Below the pieces are notes generated by a model. The model was not told the DNA's origin. It searched no databases and saw nothing but the letters and a program-made list of their open reading frames with translations. Positions 50,970 to 60,549 of a stretch of 64,000 nucleotides of DNA are shown here, in pieces (within the stretch, counting starts at the first letter, position 1; each line of letters begins with the position of its first letter). The position numbers and the translations under genes are program-made. This DNA comes from a virus. Taxonomy: Duplodnaviria > Caudoviricetes. The DNA is taken from IMG/VR virus record IMGVR_UViG_3300037851_000141, positions 256,001 through 320,000 of that record; one strand, given 5' to 3'.

Positions 50970-51530
50970 TTAGACATCAACTGTAGAATCTTCGCACAGA
51001 CCGATGATTTCCTCGTCTTCGTCCACTAATTCATGGTCTTGATTCATAGCCTGGAGCGGAACGTAATCAATCTGGAACCCAAGGATATGTTGGCATCGAT
51101 TATGGAGGAAGGGACGAAGTTCATGCTTATTGGCCAGAGTGAGGATATTAGTTCCTACTTGAATGGCCCTTCGCTCTATCTCCTTAATCAGATTGGAGTT
51201 ATACGATGCCCAATCAGCCGACACATCCCAGGTCTTCATACACGGCGGGAAGTCGATAGCGAAGGCCAGAGCCAACTTCTTGAGTTCTCCTGCCGGATTG
51301 ACACTCAGAGCAATCTTATCCCAGGTCGCCGGATGATTGGGATTGTAATGCTTCTTGCTGGACGAATTCTGAAGTTCCTGAGCAATCTGACAAACGTTAG
51401 GATAAATCGCCTTCATCCTATCCATTGCTCCTGTATTTTGGATTTCCCTTTGGGTCTTGGGGATGCTGACAACCGGGGTTTCCTCAATGGGAGTTTCGGT
51501 TGTCTGGGTTTCGTTTGCCAGATTGCTCAT
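50970..51530 (-). CDS. Hypothetical protein
   Basis: 186-aa ORF with GGAG RBS; G/C-rich codons. Confidence 0.7.
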   Translation of the reverse strand: MSNLANETQTTETPIEETPVVSIPKTQREIQNTGAMDRMKAIYPNVCQIAQELQNSSSKKHYNPNHPATWDKIALSVNPAGELKKLALAFAIDFPPCMKTWDVSADWASYNSNLIKEIERRAIQVGTNILTLANKHELRPFLHNRCQHILGFQIDYVPLQAMNQDHELVDEDEEIIGLCEDSTVDV

Positions 51531-51885
51531 GGTTGGTCACTCCTGATCTTCACGGTCGATTTGCGAACGGCCACCCTTGCGCTTCTTTGCTTCATCAGAC
51601 CGGCGCTTGGCCTCGCAGACAAGATGGTTCTCATAGCCCTTCTTGCCGTTGCGCTTGCTGTCCTCATGGAATTCCTCAAAGGTCTTCCACTTGGGGGAGT
51701 AGTCGGGATTGCGCTTCTTCATCTTCGCAATCATCTTCTGGAACCGGAGCCGCTTCCGCTTCATCGTGGCATCAGTCTTGCCAGCGTTTTCTTTGCGGGG
51801 TGCAGCTTCCTGACGACGCTTGCCCATGGTATTTTCTCCTATGGGGTTTGTTGTTGGCGTTGATTGTATGGCTTACTCGGAAGAG

Positions 51886-52479
51886 TCAAGCCTTCTTCTT
51901 GGTCGGGGTCTTGCGGGTCTTGGCGGGAGCCTCTTCGGCAGGCTTGGTACCAGTAGCCTTCCAAGCCCAATCCACTGACACCTTCTCGCGGGTGACGGGA
52001 TCGGTGATGGTTCCCTTGTACTCATGTTTGGGGATGAACCGGCCACCTTGTTCAACCAGAGTCATAGCAACCGACTTGCGGACTCGGACATGCGAACCAT
52101 CGGCCTTGGCCACGCAAACCAGCTTGTCAGACGAGTAGCCGATATGCGACTGGCGATGCTCGGGCTTGACTTGCCGAACCTTGGACACAACGACCTCATC
52201 GGAAGTCGGATCCTGGTTGAAGCTAAAGGTGCCGGTGGTCTGGTTGATGACCGCACCCTGCTTCTCAAGGGCCAGCGCATGCCAGACATCCCGAATCTTG
52301 TTGTCGGGTTGCTTCGGCGCAGCCTTGGGGGTTTCGGGAGCAGGGGAATTAGCCTTCTCGGCCTTGGCCCGCTTGGTAGCCTCGACTGCCGCAATATTGG
52401 CAGCCTTCCGTTCCGCCTTCTCAGCGTCACGACGAGCCTTGTTCTCGGCCCGCTTGTTGGTGTTGGTGTTCTCGGTCAT
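51886..52479 (-). CDS. Lys/Ala/Pro-rich (histone-H1-like tails) hypothetical protein
   Basis: KAERKAA..., PETPKAAPK, APAKTRKTPTKKKA; GGAGG RBS. Confidence 0.65.
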   Translation of the reverse strand: MTENTNTNKRAENKARRDAEKAERKAANIAAVEATKRAKAEKANSPAPETPKAAPKQPDNKIRDVWHALALEKQGAVINQTTGTFSFNQDPTSDEVVVSKVRQVKPEHRQSHIGYSSDKLVCVAKADGSHVRVRKSVAMTLVEQGGRFIPKHEYKGTITDPVTREKVSVDWAWKATGTKPAEEAPAKTRKTPTKKKA

Positions 52480-53294
52480 ACCCATCCTCCTTTTGGATTC
52501 ATGTGGGTGTTGGTTAGGTGGTTGATTATACAGGGCTTTTTTCTTTGTCAAGCCCTATTATCAGCGAGGAAGTCAAAGATAGCCTGAATGTCATCACAGA
52601 TAAGTTCCGAAATATCCCAAGTCATCTCACACAGGAATGGTTCAGGTGTGATGTTCAGAATCTTATTATCAGTTTCAGGCTTGTCAAGATTCAACATCGT
52701 GAACTCAGCTTCAGTGATGTTGGCTCGGTCAACCATGGTCAAGGTGTGATGTCGTAGCATGGTGGAAGATTATATCGGCGGTTCTTATAAGTCCAGCGTT
52801 TTTATTTTCCCGATATAGTTCAATTCCGTAATCACCTAAATACTTTTTTATATAATCTTCAATTAGGTCATCATGTTTAGTGAGTAGGAGCGTAAGTAAA
52901 GTATGTTCATCCATGGTTTTATTCTACTATGAAAAAGGGTGAAAGCAAGGACAAAATGAAACCGCCTATCCTTTTTGGGGACAGGCGGTTTAGTTTAGAT
53001 TCTGGTGGGCTTTTTATTTGGAGTGTCACAGGGTTCAGAGACGGAGGGTTTAGGAAGGATAGCCTTGGCCCGAACCGTAAGCCAACCGATTTCGATACTC
53101 ATTTTAGTGAGGTCAAAAATAGTTGGAGCCTTTTCTTCTTTACGAGCCAGTTCTTTTAGTTCTCGACCAAATTCAGTTGCCTTATCCTGATCGTCAAACC
53201 TAAAGACTTCCATTTTATTTGGATTAGTCTTTATGAAACTGAGTAAGGTTCCAGTAGGGCGGGGCATGGTGGGTTCCTTATGCCTTGGATTATA

Positions 53295-53831
53295 TCAGCC
53301 CTGGGTGGAAGTCAACACGGAGTTTTTCTTTGCCTCAATCTCTCGGAGCCGTTCAATGCACCGATAAGTAGTATCCTCACTCATCCGCCGTTCCATGAGA
53401 GTCTCAACAGCCGCCTTCTTCCGCATCAGATCAGCATGACGATGGCTAACCTGGGAAGCCGAACACTCACCATCGCAAGTCAGATTCTCGGGTGAAAGAC
53501 CAGCATAGATATCGTTCAGAATATGAATCTCATGCTGGTACTGCTGAATCCACCAATCATTAGGCATAGCGTTTGGATCACCCATGCCAGTTGGAACCTT
53601 ACGAAGATTAGGCTTTTCATCCACGATATTCCAATCAGAGTCGATATACTTACCATCAGCAGTCCGCATGAGAGAAGGCGGAACGTTCCACATAGTACCG
53701 ACAGGACGAGAATTACGCGCCTCATCTTGACGGACTTTTGCCATAACTCGGTTGACCTTGAGGATTGTGCCTTGGGTTTGAGCGCCATTCTCGGTTCCGA
53801 AGATGACCTTGGTTCCTGGGGTGAGTCGCAT
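53295..53831 (-). CDS. Two-domain phage hypothetical protein
   Basis: SH3-like N-terminus and LSPENLTCDGE motif. Confidence 0.7.
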   Translation of the reverse strand: MRLTPGTKVIFGTENGAQTQGTILKVNRVMAKVRQDEARNSRPVGTMWNVPPSLMRTADGKYIDSDWNIVDEKPNLRKVPTGMGDPNAMPNDWWIQQYQHEIHILNDIYAGLSPENLTCDGECSASQVSHRHADLMRKKAAVETLMERRMSEDTTYRCIERLREIEAKKNSVLTSTQG

Positions 53832-54604
53832 GATTGGCTCCTTGTTGGGTTGGATTATACGAGGTTTTTTGGAGTGTCAACAGGCAAGATACACAGATCA
53901 GATCCAAACAATCTCATAGCATCTTCTTTATGTATTCTATTCAACTTTGTAGCACAGTAAATACAATAATACTTTTGAGTACTTTGATTATATGCTACTG
54001 CTTTACCTTTACATTCAGTCCGATTACATTCACCATTGAGTTCGCCTTTTGTGTTGCTCATGTTCTTATTATATCCTTTATTTGAGAGTGTCAAGTGCGG
54101 CAATTAGGACACTTATAGTTTTTAATATATTCCTTGATATCAATCAGAAACTTTTTCAACCAGATTCTAAACCCCAAGAAATAGAAATACACGTAAGCAT
54201 TTATCCCGTAGCTGAAAAACAAGATTATAAACAACCAGGGATGCGTATAAGAACAGTAGAGAATTGATAGGGTGAAAAAGCATAAGGTTAGTCCCTTCTT
54301 GTTCAGTACCCGATACCACACCGTCATCCAGCTTAAGAACCAGACGACACAGAGGTTCAGATAGGGGTTTAACATGGCTTGATTGTATCTTGGGATTAGG
54401 TGATGTCAACCCCAATCAGCCTTATCATATTGCGGAAGCCCCATAACAACAGCACGGGCAGCATCAAAAGAAACATTTTCAGGACGAAGACGCATCCGAT
54501 CAAGCAGAATCTTGTTTCGAATGCTGATAAGAGTTTCGTTGCTCACGATGAAGGCTGACATGTTTGGCTCCTTATGCTGGGATTATATGAGGAGTTTTAG
54601 ACTG

Positions 54605-55099
54605 TCAATGTAAAGATTCTTGAAAGGCTGCCAGATCACCAGTAGGTATTTCTCGCCACTTCCGATTAGTAAGATTCTTGAAATACCACTTATTATCGAT
54701 AAAGCAGTAAGCCCAGTCTTGCTCAAGCGGAAACATTTTAGACACAACTGGCTTATTATCCTCACGATTATCACCACGATCCCGAATATAAGCAACTACA
54801 GTATTCCGATCAGGGGTATCAAACGTGTGCTTTTCAACCGGAACAGTAATCCACCGCCCCTTATTAGTTTCCACATTGAACACATGCTTTTCTTGACGAG
54901 GATTCTTTGGAGGCCGAACATTCTTTTTGAGACTTGAGATTGCCCCAAGATTGACCAGCATCTTAACTTTGGCAAGAGTCTTATAATGGTCCCGAAGAAT
55001 CTTACCATTATGCGAAATATAACCATCCCAATGAGCGTAGATATAATGGAAGAGTCCGGTATTGGGATCCTGATAGCCGATGTTGGAACGGGTGGACAT
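54605..55099 (-). CDS. Conserved phage hypothetical protein
   Basis: MSTRSNIG...YAHWDGY..HNG.IL..HY. Confidence 0.75.
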   Translation of the reverse strand: MSTRSNIGYQDPNTGLFHYIYAHWDGYISHNGKILRDHYKTLAKVKMLVNLGAISSLKKNVRPPKNPRQEKHVFNVETNKGRWITVPVEKHTFDTPDRNTVVAYIRDRGDNREDNKPVVSKMFPLEQDWAYCFIDNKWYFKNLTNRKWREIPTGDLAAFQESLH

Positions 55100-55584
55100 G
55101 ATTGGCTCCTTATGCCTGGGATTATATTGGTGATTTCAGACTGTCAACTGGCAAAATCTTCCGGCTTTACGATGTCAAAAATCAATTCACCATCAGACCA
55201 ATCCCAATTGATAGAATGACAAAGAATAAAAGGCTTGCTGAAATCAGTCTTCTTATTAATTCTCTGGAAATCCTCATCAACCCGATCCAGTTCCTCTTTT
55301 ATCTCACTAACATTATGAATAGTTCCAAACTGATCTACATATTCGGTATCATTGATTTGCTCAAGATGAAAACGAGTCTTGAGTAGCACATTACGAAGTT
55401 CAGTAGGATTGCGGATTAGGTTCTTCATGCGCCCGATTATATGAGGCTTTTTAGACTGTCAACCACCTATATTTTTCTTGCTTCTCTCTCATTTCATAGT
55501 AGGTAAACTTGTGATATATAGAAAGAAATGAAACAGTTTAGCTATTCTTATTTTGATTTGTTTATGGAATTATGATAAAAACAA

Positions 55585-55616
55585 ATAACCCTCACCAAAC
55601 TAATGATGAGGGTTAT
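55585..55616. terminator. Terminator hairpin
   Basis: ATAACCCTCA...TGAGGGTTAT. Confidence 0.65.
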
Positions 55617-55877
55617 AGGGATTAGGGATTTGATTTAGACTGGTTTCTTATCAACCCAAAGGACTTTCCAGCAGTTATTACCGGCCTTCTTTACATTGAG
55701 TTGGTGACAGAACCCTTTATCCATGAGGTCTTTACGCCAGGACTTAAGGGTTTTCCAATCATAGAAGGTGTATTCAGTTTTAGTGATTTTCATACCATCT
55801 TTAGTGAAGGTATCAATCACTTCTGCTTCCCACTTCGGATTTTCAGAGTTATCGATTGAGGTCATGTTGTATTCCTT

Positions 55878-56318
55878 TTATTGGATTTGAATGGTATGAA
55901 TCATGGAGTCTGCGAGTTGGAATTTATGTTCAGATTGGAGTTGAGCAAAGAGAATGGGTCGCATACTAAACACCCGTTCTCTGGCTTTTTCAATAGTGGA
56001 GAACACAGCAGGAACTAGATCCATAACGATATAGACAGTAGTAAGTTGAGATTCAGCCTTTTTAAGTTGAGGATTTCGGAGTTCACAAAAATCATTCCAA
56101 CTACGTATTGCCCAATCAGTATCATGACAGGTGTATGCGGAAGCTAAACATTTTGGGCAATGTACATAAAAACCATTTTCTATGATTATTTCAGGATCAG
56201 GGTGGCCGCAGTTATAGCAGGGACGAGCATCCATGTTGTTTCCTTTACGCCAGTGATTATACAAGAGAATGGAATTAGTCAAGAAAGATTCGTTCCATCC
56301 TCTTATTTTGGGCATCAA
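55878..56318 (-). CDS. Lar-like zinc-binding protein
   Basis: PCYNCG...VHCPKC...AIRSWN; true start probably MDARPC. Confidence 0.55.
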   Translation of the reverse strand: MMPKIRGWNESFLTNSILLYNHWRKGNNMDARPCYNCGHPDPEIIIENGFYVHCPKCLASAYTCHDTDWAIRSWNDFCELRNPQLKKAESQLTTVYIVMDLVPAVFSTIEKARERVFSMRPILFAQLQSEHKFQLADSMIHTIQIQ

Positions 56319-56727
56319 TCACATGCTCTGGAACCCGACGATCAATTGCCCTTTGACTATTGTACATTTTCGCAACACTATCTGAACAAGAAACCGACAC
56401 AACCCGAACCTCATAACCATATTGCTTCGCCAGATTGATATAGAAACTGGCTTCCTTATGGGTCGTATTAGTGTTGTCCACGATGATAGCAGGTTGTCTT
56501 TGCTTCATCAGATCAGTCACCCAATCCTGATTCCACCTGTGAGCCTCACCCAAACGCTTCTGGTCAAACTCATACTTCTCACCACCACTATTGATATACC
56601 AAAAATTGTCAGTCGAACAAATCTGACAGTTGGTTTTCAAGACAGTTTCATAATGAGTCTTGAGTGCTTCGGCAACGAAACTCTTGCCAGACGCCGAAGA
56701 ACCCTGCATGAGTACGAGAACCTTCAT
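56275..56727 (-). CDS. Polynucleotide-kinase-like P-loop protein (Pnk kinase domain / AAA_33)
   Basis: MQGSSASGKS, ICSTDNF, IIVDNTN, RRVPEHVI. Confidence 0.85.
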   Translation of the reverse strand: MKVLVLMQGSSASGKSFVAEALKTHYETVLKTNCQICSTDNFWYINSGGEKYEFDQKRLGEAHRWNQDWVTDLMKQRQPAIIVDNTNTTHKEASFYINLAKQYGYEVRVVSVSCSDSVAKMYNSQRAIDRRVPEHVIDAQNKRMERIFLD

Positions 56728-57083
56728 ATTTGTTTCCTTATGAGTTGGATTATATGGTCTGGTTTTAGAAAGTCAAATGAAAGGAATCGGATTATCTTGG
56801 ACTACAGCAGACACCTTAAGGAGAGTCTTGATCGCACCCTCATTACGCAGATCAGTCATTCCATGTTGATCGGCACGCTTGGCATATTCAACTAATCCCT
56901 TGAGCAGAACCCGAACCATAGAGGCTTGAAGGGTACGATGCTCATTTAACAAAGCAACAGCAAGCCCTTCAACAACTTCCTTTTCAGAACCCATGACATT
57001 GACCATTCTTGAGAATTGTTCAATCAGATTGCGAACTTCCTCAGTAATGTCAGGATTCATGTTCGTCTCCTTGTTGGGTCTGA

Positions 57084-58007
57084 TTATAGGCCGCGATTGA
57101 AGATGTCAACAAAGGTCTTCACCGAATCCGCCCAATTGTTAGACTCTCCCGTATAATCAGTCCGTCCATGACACTTGCGGAAAAGAACTGGCAAATGAGA
57201 CTCGGCACCAACTTGAACGTAAAGACTGTCAGTATGAAGAGTTATCTCACCACAGACAGCATCACCAGCAGGATTAGAACGAACATCATACTTGTCATCA
57301 TCCAACTTCATCATCTTACGAGCAAACAACTTAAGGAATGTCTTTGCCTTGATATGTAGTTCCTTCTTGGCAAAATAATCTGGAGCCTTTTCCTTATATA
57401 CCTTAATCGCTTCATCCACCCTGGTAGCATAAAGAGTCAGGGTATTAGCATCAATGTCAAGTTCACCATTCTCACTAACTATAACATCATCAGCAGTAGC
57501 AGGCACATCCTTGAAAGTATAGGTCCGACCATCCTCTGTGACTGCCGCCCTAACAGTAGTAGGTTCATCAGTCTTGACAGGTTCAGTCTTTCCACTCTTA
57601 TATTTGATATACTCGGGATGCTCAACTACCCAAGCAGGAGGCCGCCCCCGATTACCAAGAGTATAAGTAGCGCCCTCGGGACCAGTAAGAACAACTGGCT
57701 TGGATTCAACTACTGGAGTCGGTTCATTTTTAGCGACGTTAGTATCAGCAACTTCAGTAGACTTGGTAGAAACATAGTCAGGATGCGAAAGAACCCACTC
57801 AGGAACTCGCCCACGTTGACCAATCACATAGAGACGGTCATTAGCCTTATCGACAATGACCTTTGAATCAGGATACTCAGACTTGGCAACTAATACCCTA
57901 TACTTGAGTGATGATTCAACCCAGGCTGGAACCCGCCCACGTTGACCAGTTGTATAGGTTGCGCCATCTGGACCCTTGATTACGACACCGGCTGGAATGG
58001 TAGACAT
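57084..58007 (-). CDS. Protein with three tandem H-NS-like DNA-binding motifs plus a C-terminal domain
   Basis: YTTGQRGRVPAWV, YVIGQRGRVPEWV, YTLGNRGRPPAWV. Confidence 0.65.
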   Translation of the reverse strand: MSTIPAGVVIKGPDGATYTTGQRGRVPAWVESSLKYRVLVAKSEYPDSKVIVDKANDRLYVIGQRGRVPEWVLSHPDYVSTKSTEVADTNVAKNEPTPVVESKPVVLTGPEGATYTLGNRGRPPAWVVEHPEYIKYKSGKTEPVKTDEPTTVRAAVTEDGRTYTFKDVPATADDVIVSENGELDIDANTLTLYATRVDEAIKVYKEKAPDYFAKKELHIKAKTFLKLFARKMMKLDDDKYDVRSNPAGDAVCGEITLHTDSLYVQVGAESHLPVLFRKCHGRTDYTGESNNWADSVKTFVDIFNRGL

Positions 58008-58117
58008 GATTGGACTCCTTTGTATGGCCGGATTATATGATCTGATTTAGAGAGTCAAGCACCCATTTTCCTTTTGACTTACAGTTATTTCATAGTATAG
58101 GCGAACAAGATATAAAA

Positions 58118-58150
58118 ATAAACCTAACCCCTTTTGAGGATTAGGTTTAT
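58118..58150. terminator. Terminator closing the 58.1-58.8 kb RNA locus
   Basis: ATAAACCTAACCCCTTTTGAGGATTAGGTTTAT. Confidence 0.7.
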
Positions 58151-58159
58151 GACAGACTT

Positions 58160-58290
58160 GGAAGCAGAGGATCAGGCGAATAGTACTACCAGACACGCCT
58201 GCCGCTCGTTGCGTTGCATATAACGGGGGTTTTATTCTCAAGGAAGTTTCTTCAACATGAGAATGGTAGTTTCGTTTTTATCATGCTTCC
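58160..58290 (-). ncRNA. Structured RNA motif, copy B
   Basis: GGAAGCA/TGCTTCC closing stem, ATTCTCA/TGAGAAT, CAGGCG/CGCCTG, ACTACC/GGTAGT cross-pairing. Confidence 0.7.
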
Positions 58291-58303
58291 AAGTTGTCAA
58301 TGA

Positions 58304-58486
58304 TGGTGGCCCTTGTAGGATTTGAACCTACTGCCAAGATGAATGTAGGAAGCCACTCCTTGTTTCATTCCTGGCGTCTACCTGACTTCCGCAATGGCTT
58401 TTTATCAATAGGAACTTAGTCTTGTTCCGGTTATGCGGTACTGCGGGCCATATATAGAGTTATCAAAAAACTTCAGGTAGTGGGCC
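58304..58486 (-). ncRNA. tRNA-like element with a CCA end and oversized arms
   Basis: GTAGG-TTCAAAT-CCTAC T arm followed by AAGGGCC-A-CCA; 5' GGCCC; CTACCTGA/TCAGGTAG and GCCAGGAATGAA/TTCATCTTGGC arms. Confidence 0.6.
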
Positions 58487-58674
58487 GAGGTTTTGTCTAT
58501 ACCCCGGTTTCTCCTGCCAGAGCGGACAATTTGTGAAAAGATGGAGGCAGCCACCTTTTCTTTTGTCGTCCCTATAATGCCCACTGTTCCTTATCAAAAA
58601 ACCAGAGAAGGTTCCCCTGATTTTTTATACAACTGATGGGTATCTAATCCACCAGTTGTAAAAGAAAGGACTAG

Positions 58675-58791
58675 GGAAGCAGAGGATCAGGCGAACAGTA
58701 CTACCAGACACGCCTGCCGCGAACTTTGCTTTGTATTCTCAAGGAAGTTTCTTCAACATGAGAATGGTAGTTTCGTTGTTATCTTGCTTCC
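58675..58791 (-). ncRNA. Structured RNA motif, copy A
   Basis: Same helices as copy B; starts just downstream of the promoter at 58806-58833. Confidence 0.7.
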
Positions 58792-58805
58792 TTTCGTCCT
58801 GCTGT

Positions 58806-58833
58806 ATCTTACTGGTCTTTTTTAGTTTGTCAA
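58806..58833 (-). promoter_or_regulatory. Promoter of the RNA locus
   Basis: TTGACA-N16-TAAGAT. Confidence 0.6.
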
Positions 58834-59043
58834 GAGCCGTTTCAATCGTAGTCAAGCCGCTTCTTTTTTCTACGATCCTTCCGCCGCAAGTCCTTTTTAG
58901 TAGGCTTCTTAGGAACAGAATAGCCAGGACCAGACTGCCGCTTTTGCTCAATCTCACGCTCGCGGCTGATCTTGCGGATGTCTCGGGCAATATCCTTCAT
59001 TTTGTTTCCTTATGCTTTGGATTATATGTCTATTTTCACAGAG

Positions 59044-59448
59044 TCAAACGATTTTAGCCCAGCCCGCTTCCGTAGTAAAATAAAACTTGATACATCCAAA
59101 CTTCTTCATCAACTCATAACAACGATTACAAGGCTTGGACAACTTAATTTCACCCTGCCTATTCAACCGTATATTGATTATCTCCCAACTCTTACGAAAA
59201 TCAATAATACCTTTCAACTTGGTCAAAGCCCTAAATTCAGCATGACGAGTGGAAGGCAACGCAGTATCACGCTTACAACGATAACCAAAATAACTCGGAG
59301 GCTCACCAAAATCATTCATAGCATACCCAATAATACTATCATCCTGAACAATAAAAGCCCAATGAAGAAACGACCCAAACGTGGTAGGATGCTTCGGCAA
59401 AGTCCTATGAGCCGTTTCCAAAGCCGAATCCAAAAGTGCTTTCTTCAT
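59044..59448 (-). CDS. Zn-dependent deaminase-fold protein
   Basis: HAE ... SKPCNRC (HxE / PCxxC). Confidence 0.8.
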   Translation of the reverse strand: MKKALLDSALETAHRTLPKHPTTFGSFLHWAFIVQDDSIIGYAMNDFGEPPSYFGYRCKRDTALPSTRHAEFRALTKLKGIIDFRKSWEIINIRLNRQGEIKLSKPCNRCYELMKKFGCIKFYFTTEAGWAKIV

Positions 59449-59462
59449 GGCTCACATTATAC

Positions 59463-60005
59463 CTACTTTTCCAGCGTGTCAACTTCCTTTTTCTCAATAG
59501 CTTTCTCTAACCTGTCAAGTTTCTCAAGAATAGAGTCTGTCCGTTCATTCATCTTCTTAATCGGATGCTCATACAACTTAATGTCAGGAGTCTTATTTAC
59601 AAGTTCAACCTTCCTAACCGCAGACATATTAAAACCCCTATATGTTGCCTTTGGACGAGTAGTAATCTTAACAACAGTCTTCTCCCTATCCACTAAAGCA
59701 TCAGTTCCAGTTAAAGTAGTCATATCATTATTGGAATCTACATAATAAACTGCTCCACTCTCATGCTGCTCAATCGGCACGTAAATAACCTTATAGTTCT
59801 CCTGTATAGCATCATATTCGGCTGACAGATTCCCACAATGATTCATAGGAACAATAAACATCAAAGCACCTACAATAGCCAGACCTAAAAAGATTAACAC
59901 AGATTTGGGAGAATCAAATGTTATCAGATTAACAATAAAACCAATACCAAATAAGAAAATAAATACTCCACCCAAAACAAAACTGATAATAGCAAGCAGT
60001 TCCAT
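59463..60005 (-). CDS. Membrane protein (two N-terminal hydrophobic helices)
   Basis: Two hydrophobic stretches in the first 55 aa. Confidence 0.65.
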   Translation of the reverse strand: MELLAIISFVLGGVFIFLFGIGFIVNLITFDSPKSVLIFLGLAIVGALMFIVPMNHCGNLSAEYDAIQENYKVIYVPIEQHESGAVYYVDSNNDMTTLTGTDALVDREKTVVKITTRPKATYRGFNMSAVRKVELVNKTPDIKLYEHPIKKMNERTDSILEKLDRLEKAIEKKEVDTLEK

Positions 60006-60511
60006 GATTGTACCCCTCCTTGTGGGTTGATGCGCTGATTATACTACCTATTGGAACAGAGTCAAACTATTTTTTCTAGCGTCTTCCCGTTCACAATTCA
60101 TGTTCTTACTGTATATTGGCAACTTGGAAATTGAACTTACTCCATCAATACACTCACAATCATAGTACTTTTTTCCAATCTTCAAGAATACATGATTAGG
60201 CAAATCCTCATACTTCTTAAACATAGTATTATCTAAATCAATACAATCAATAATAGACTTCAACTTTTTCTGAACCAATAAAGCCCATTCCTCACAATAT
60301 CCACAATTTATATCCCATTCAAAATAAGGTAAAGAACGACCATCATCAAACTTAACTGTCGATAATATCTCTTTCGTAGCCTCAACCATAGCACCACGAA
60401 TGATGTCCTGCTTATTCATAAAAAAGAGTATATCATTGAAAATCGGATGTCAATAGGGGGTTTTCACTTGCTTCTAAATGGGTTCATGGTAAGTAATAAA
60501 ATGATAAAAAC

Positions 60512-60546
60512 AAAAAGAGGCTAGGCTTTTACACCTAACCTCTTTT
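60512..60546 (-). terminator. Terminator after tRNA-Lys
   Basis: AAAAGAGG..TAGG...CCTAACCTCTTTT. Confidence 0.7.
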
Positions 60547-60549
60547 ATT

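Noticed and set aside
58304-58675. tmRNA
   Set aside because: The length and CCA/T arm fit, but there is no G3-U70 pair, no GGAUUCGAC-like 5' domain and no tag frame ending in Ala-Ala.
58160-58791. Hammerhead ribozyme call for the duplicated motif
   Set aside because: GAAAC and GUA fit stem III, but the core reads CUGAUCC rather than CUGAUGA and stem I cannot be built convincingly. Left unassigned.
58739-58990. ORF-track 83-aa protein
   Set aside because: It overlaps the RNA promoter and copy A. The RBS-supported frame is a 48-aa basic ORF starting at 59000 (MKDIARDIRK...).
47843-59745. Long + strand ORFs (47843, 51033, 51500, 52024, 53523, 56422, 58972)
   Set aside because: Antisense to minus-strand genes that have promoters and RBSs; they arise from codon bias.
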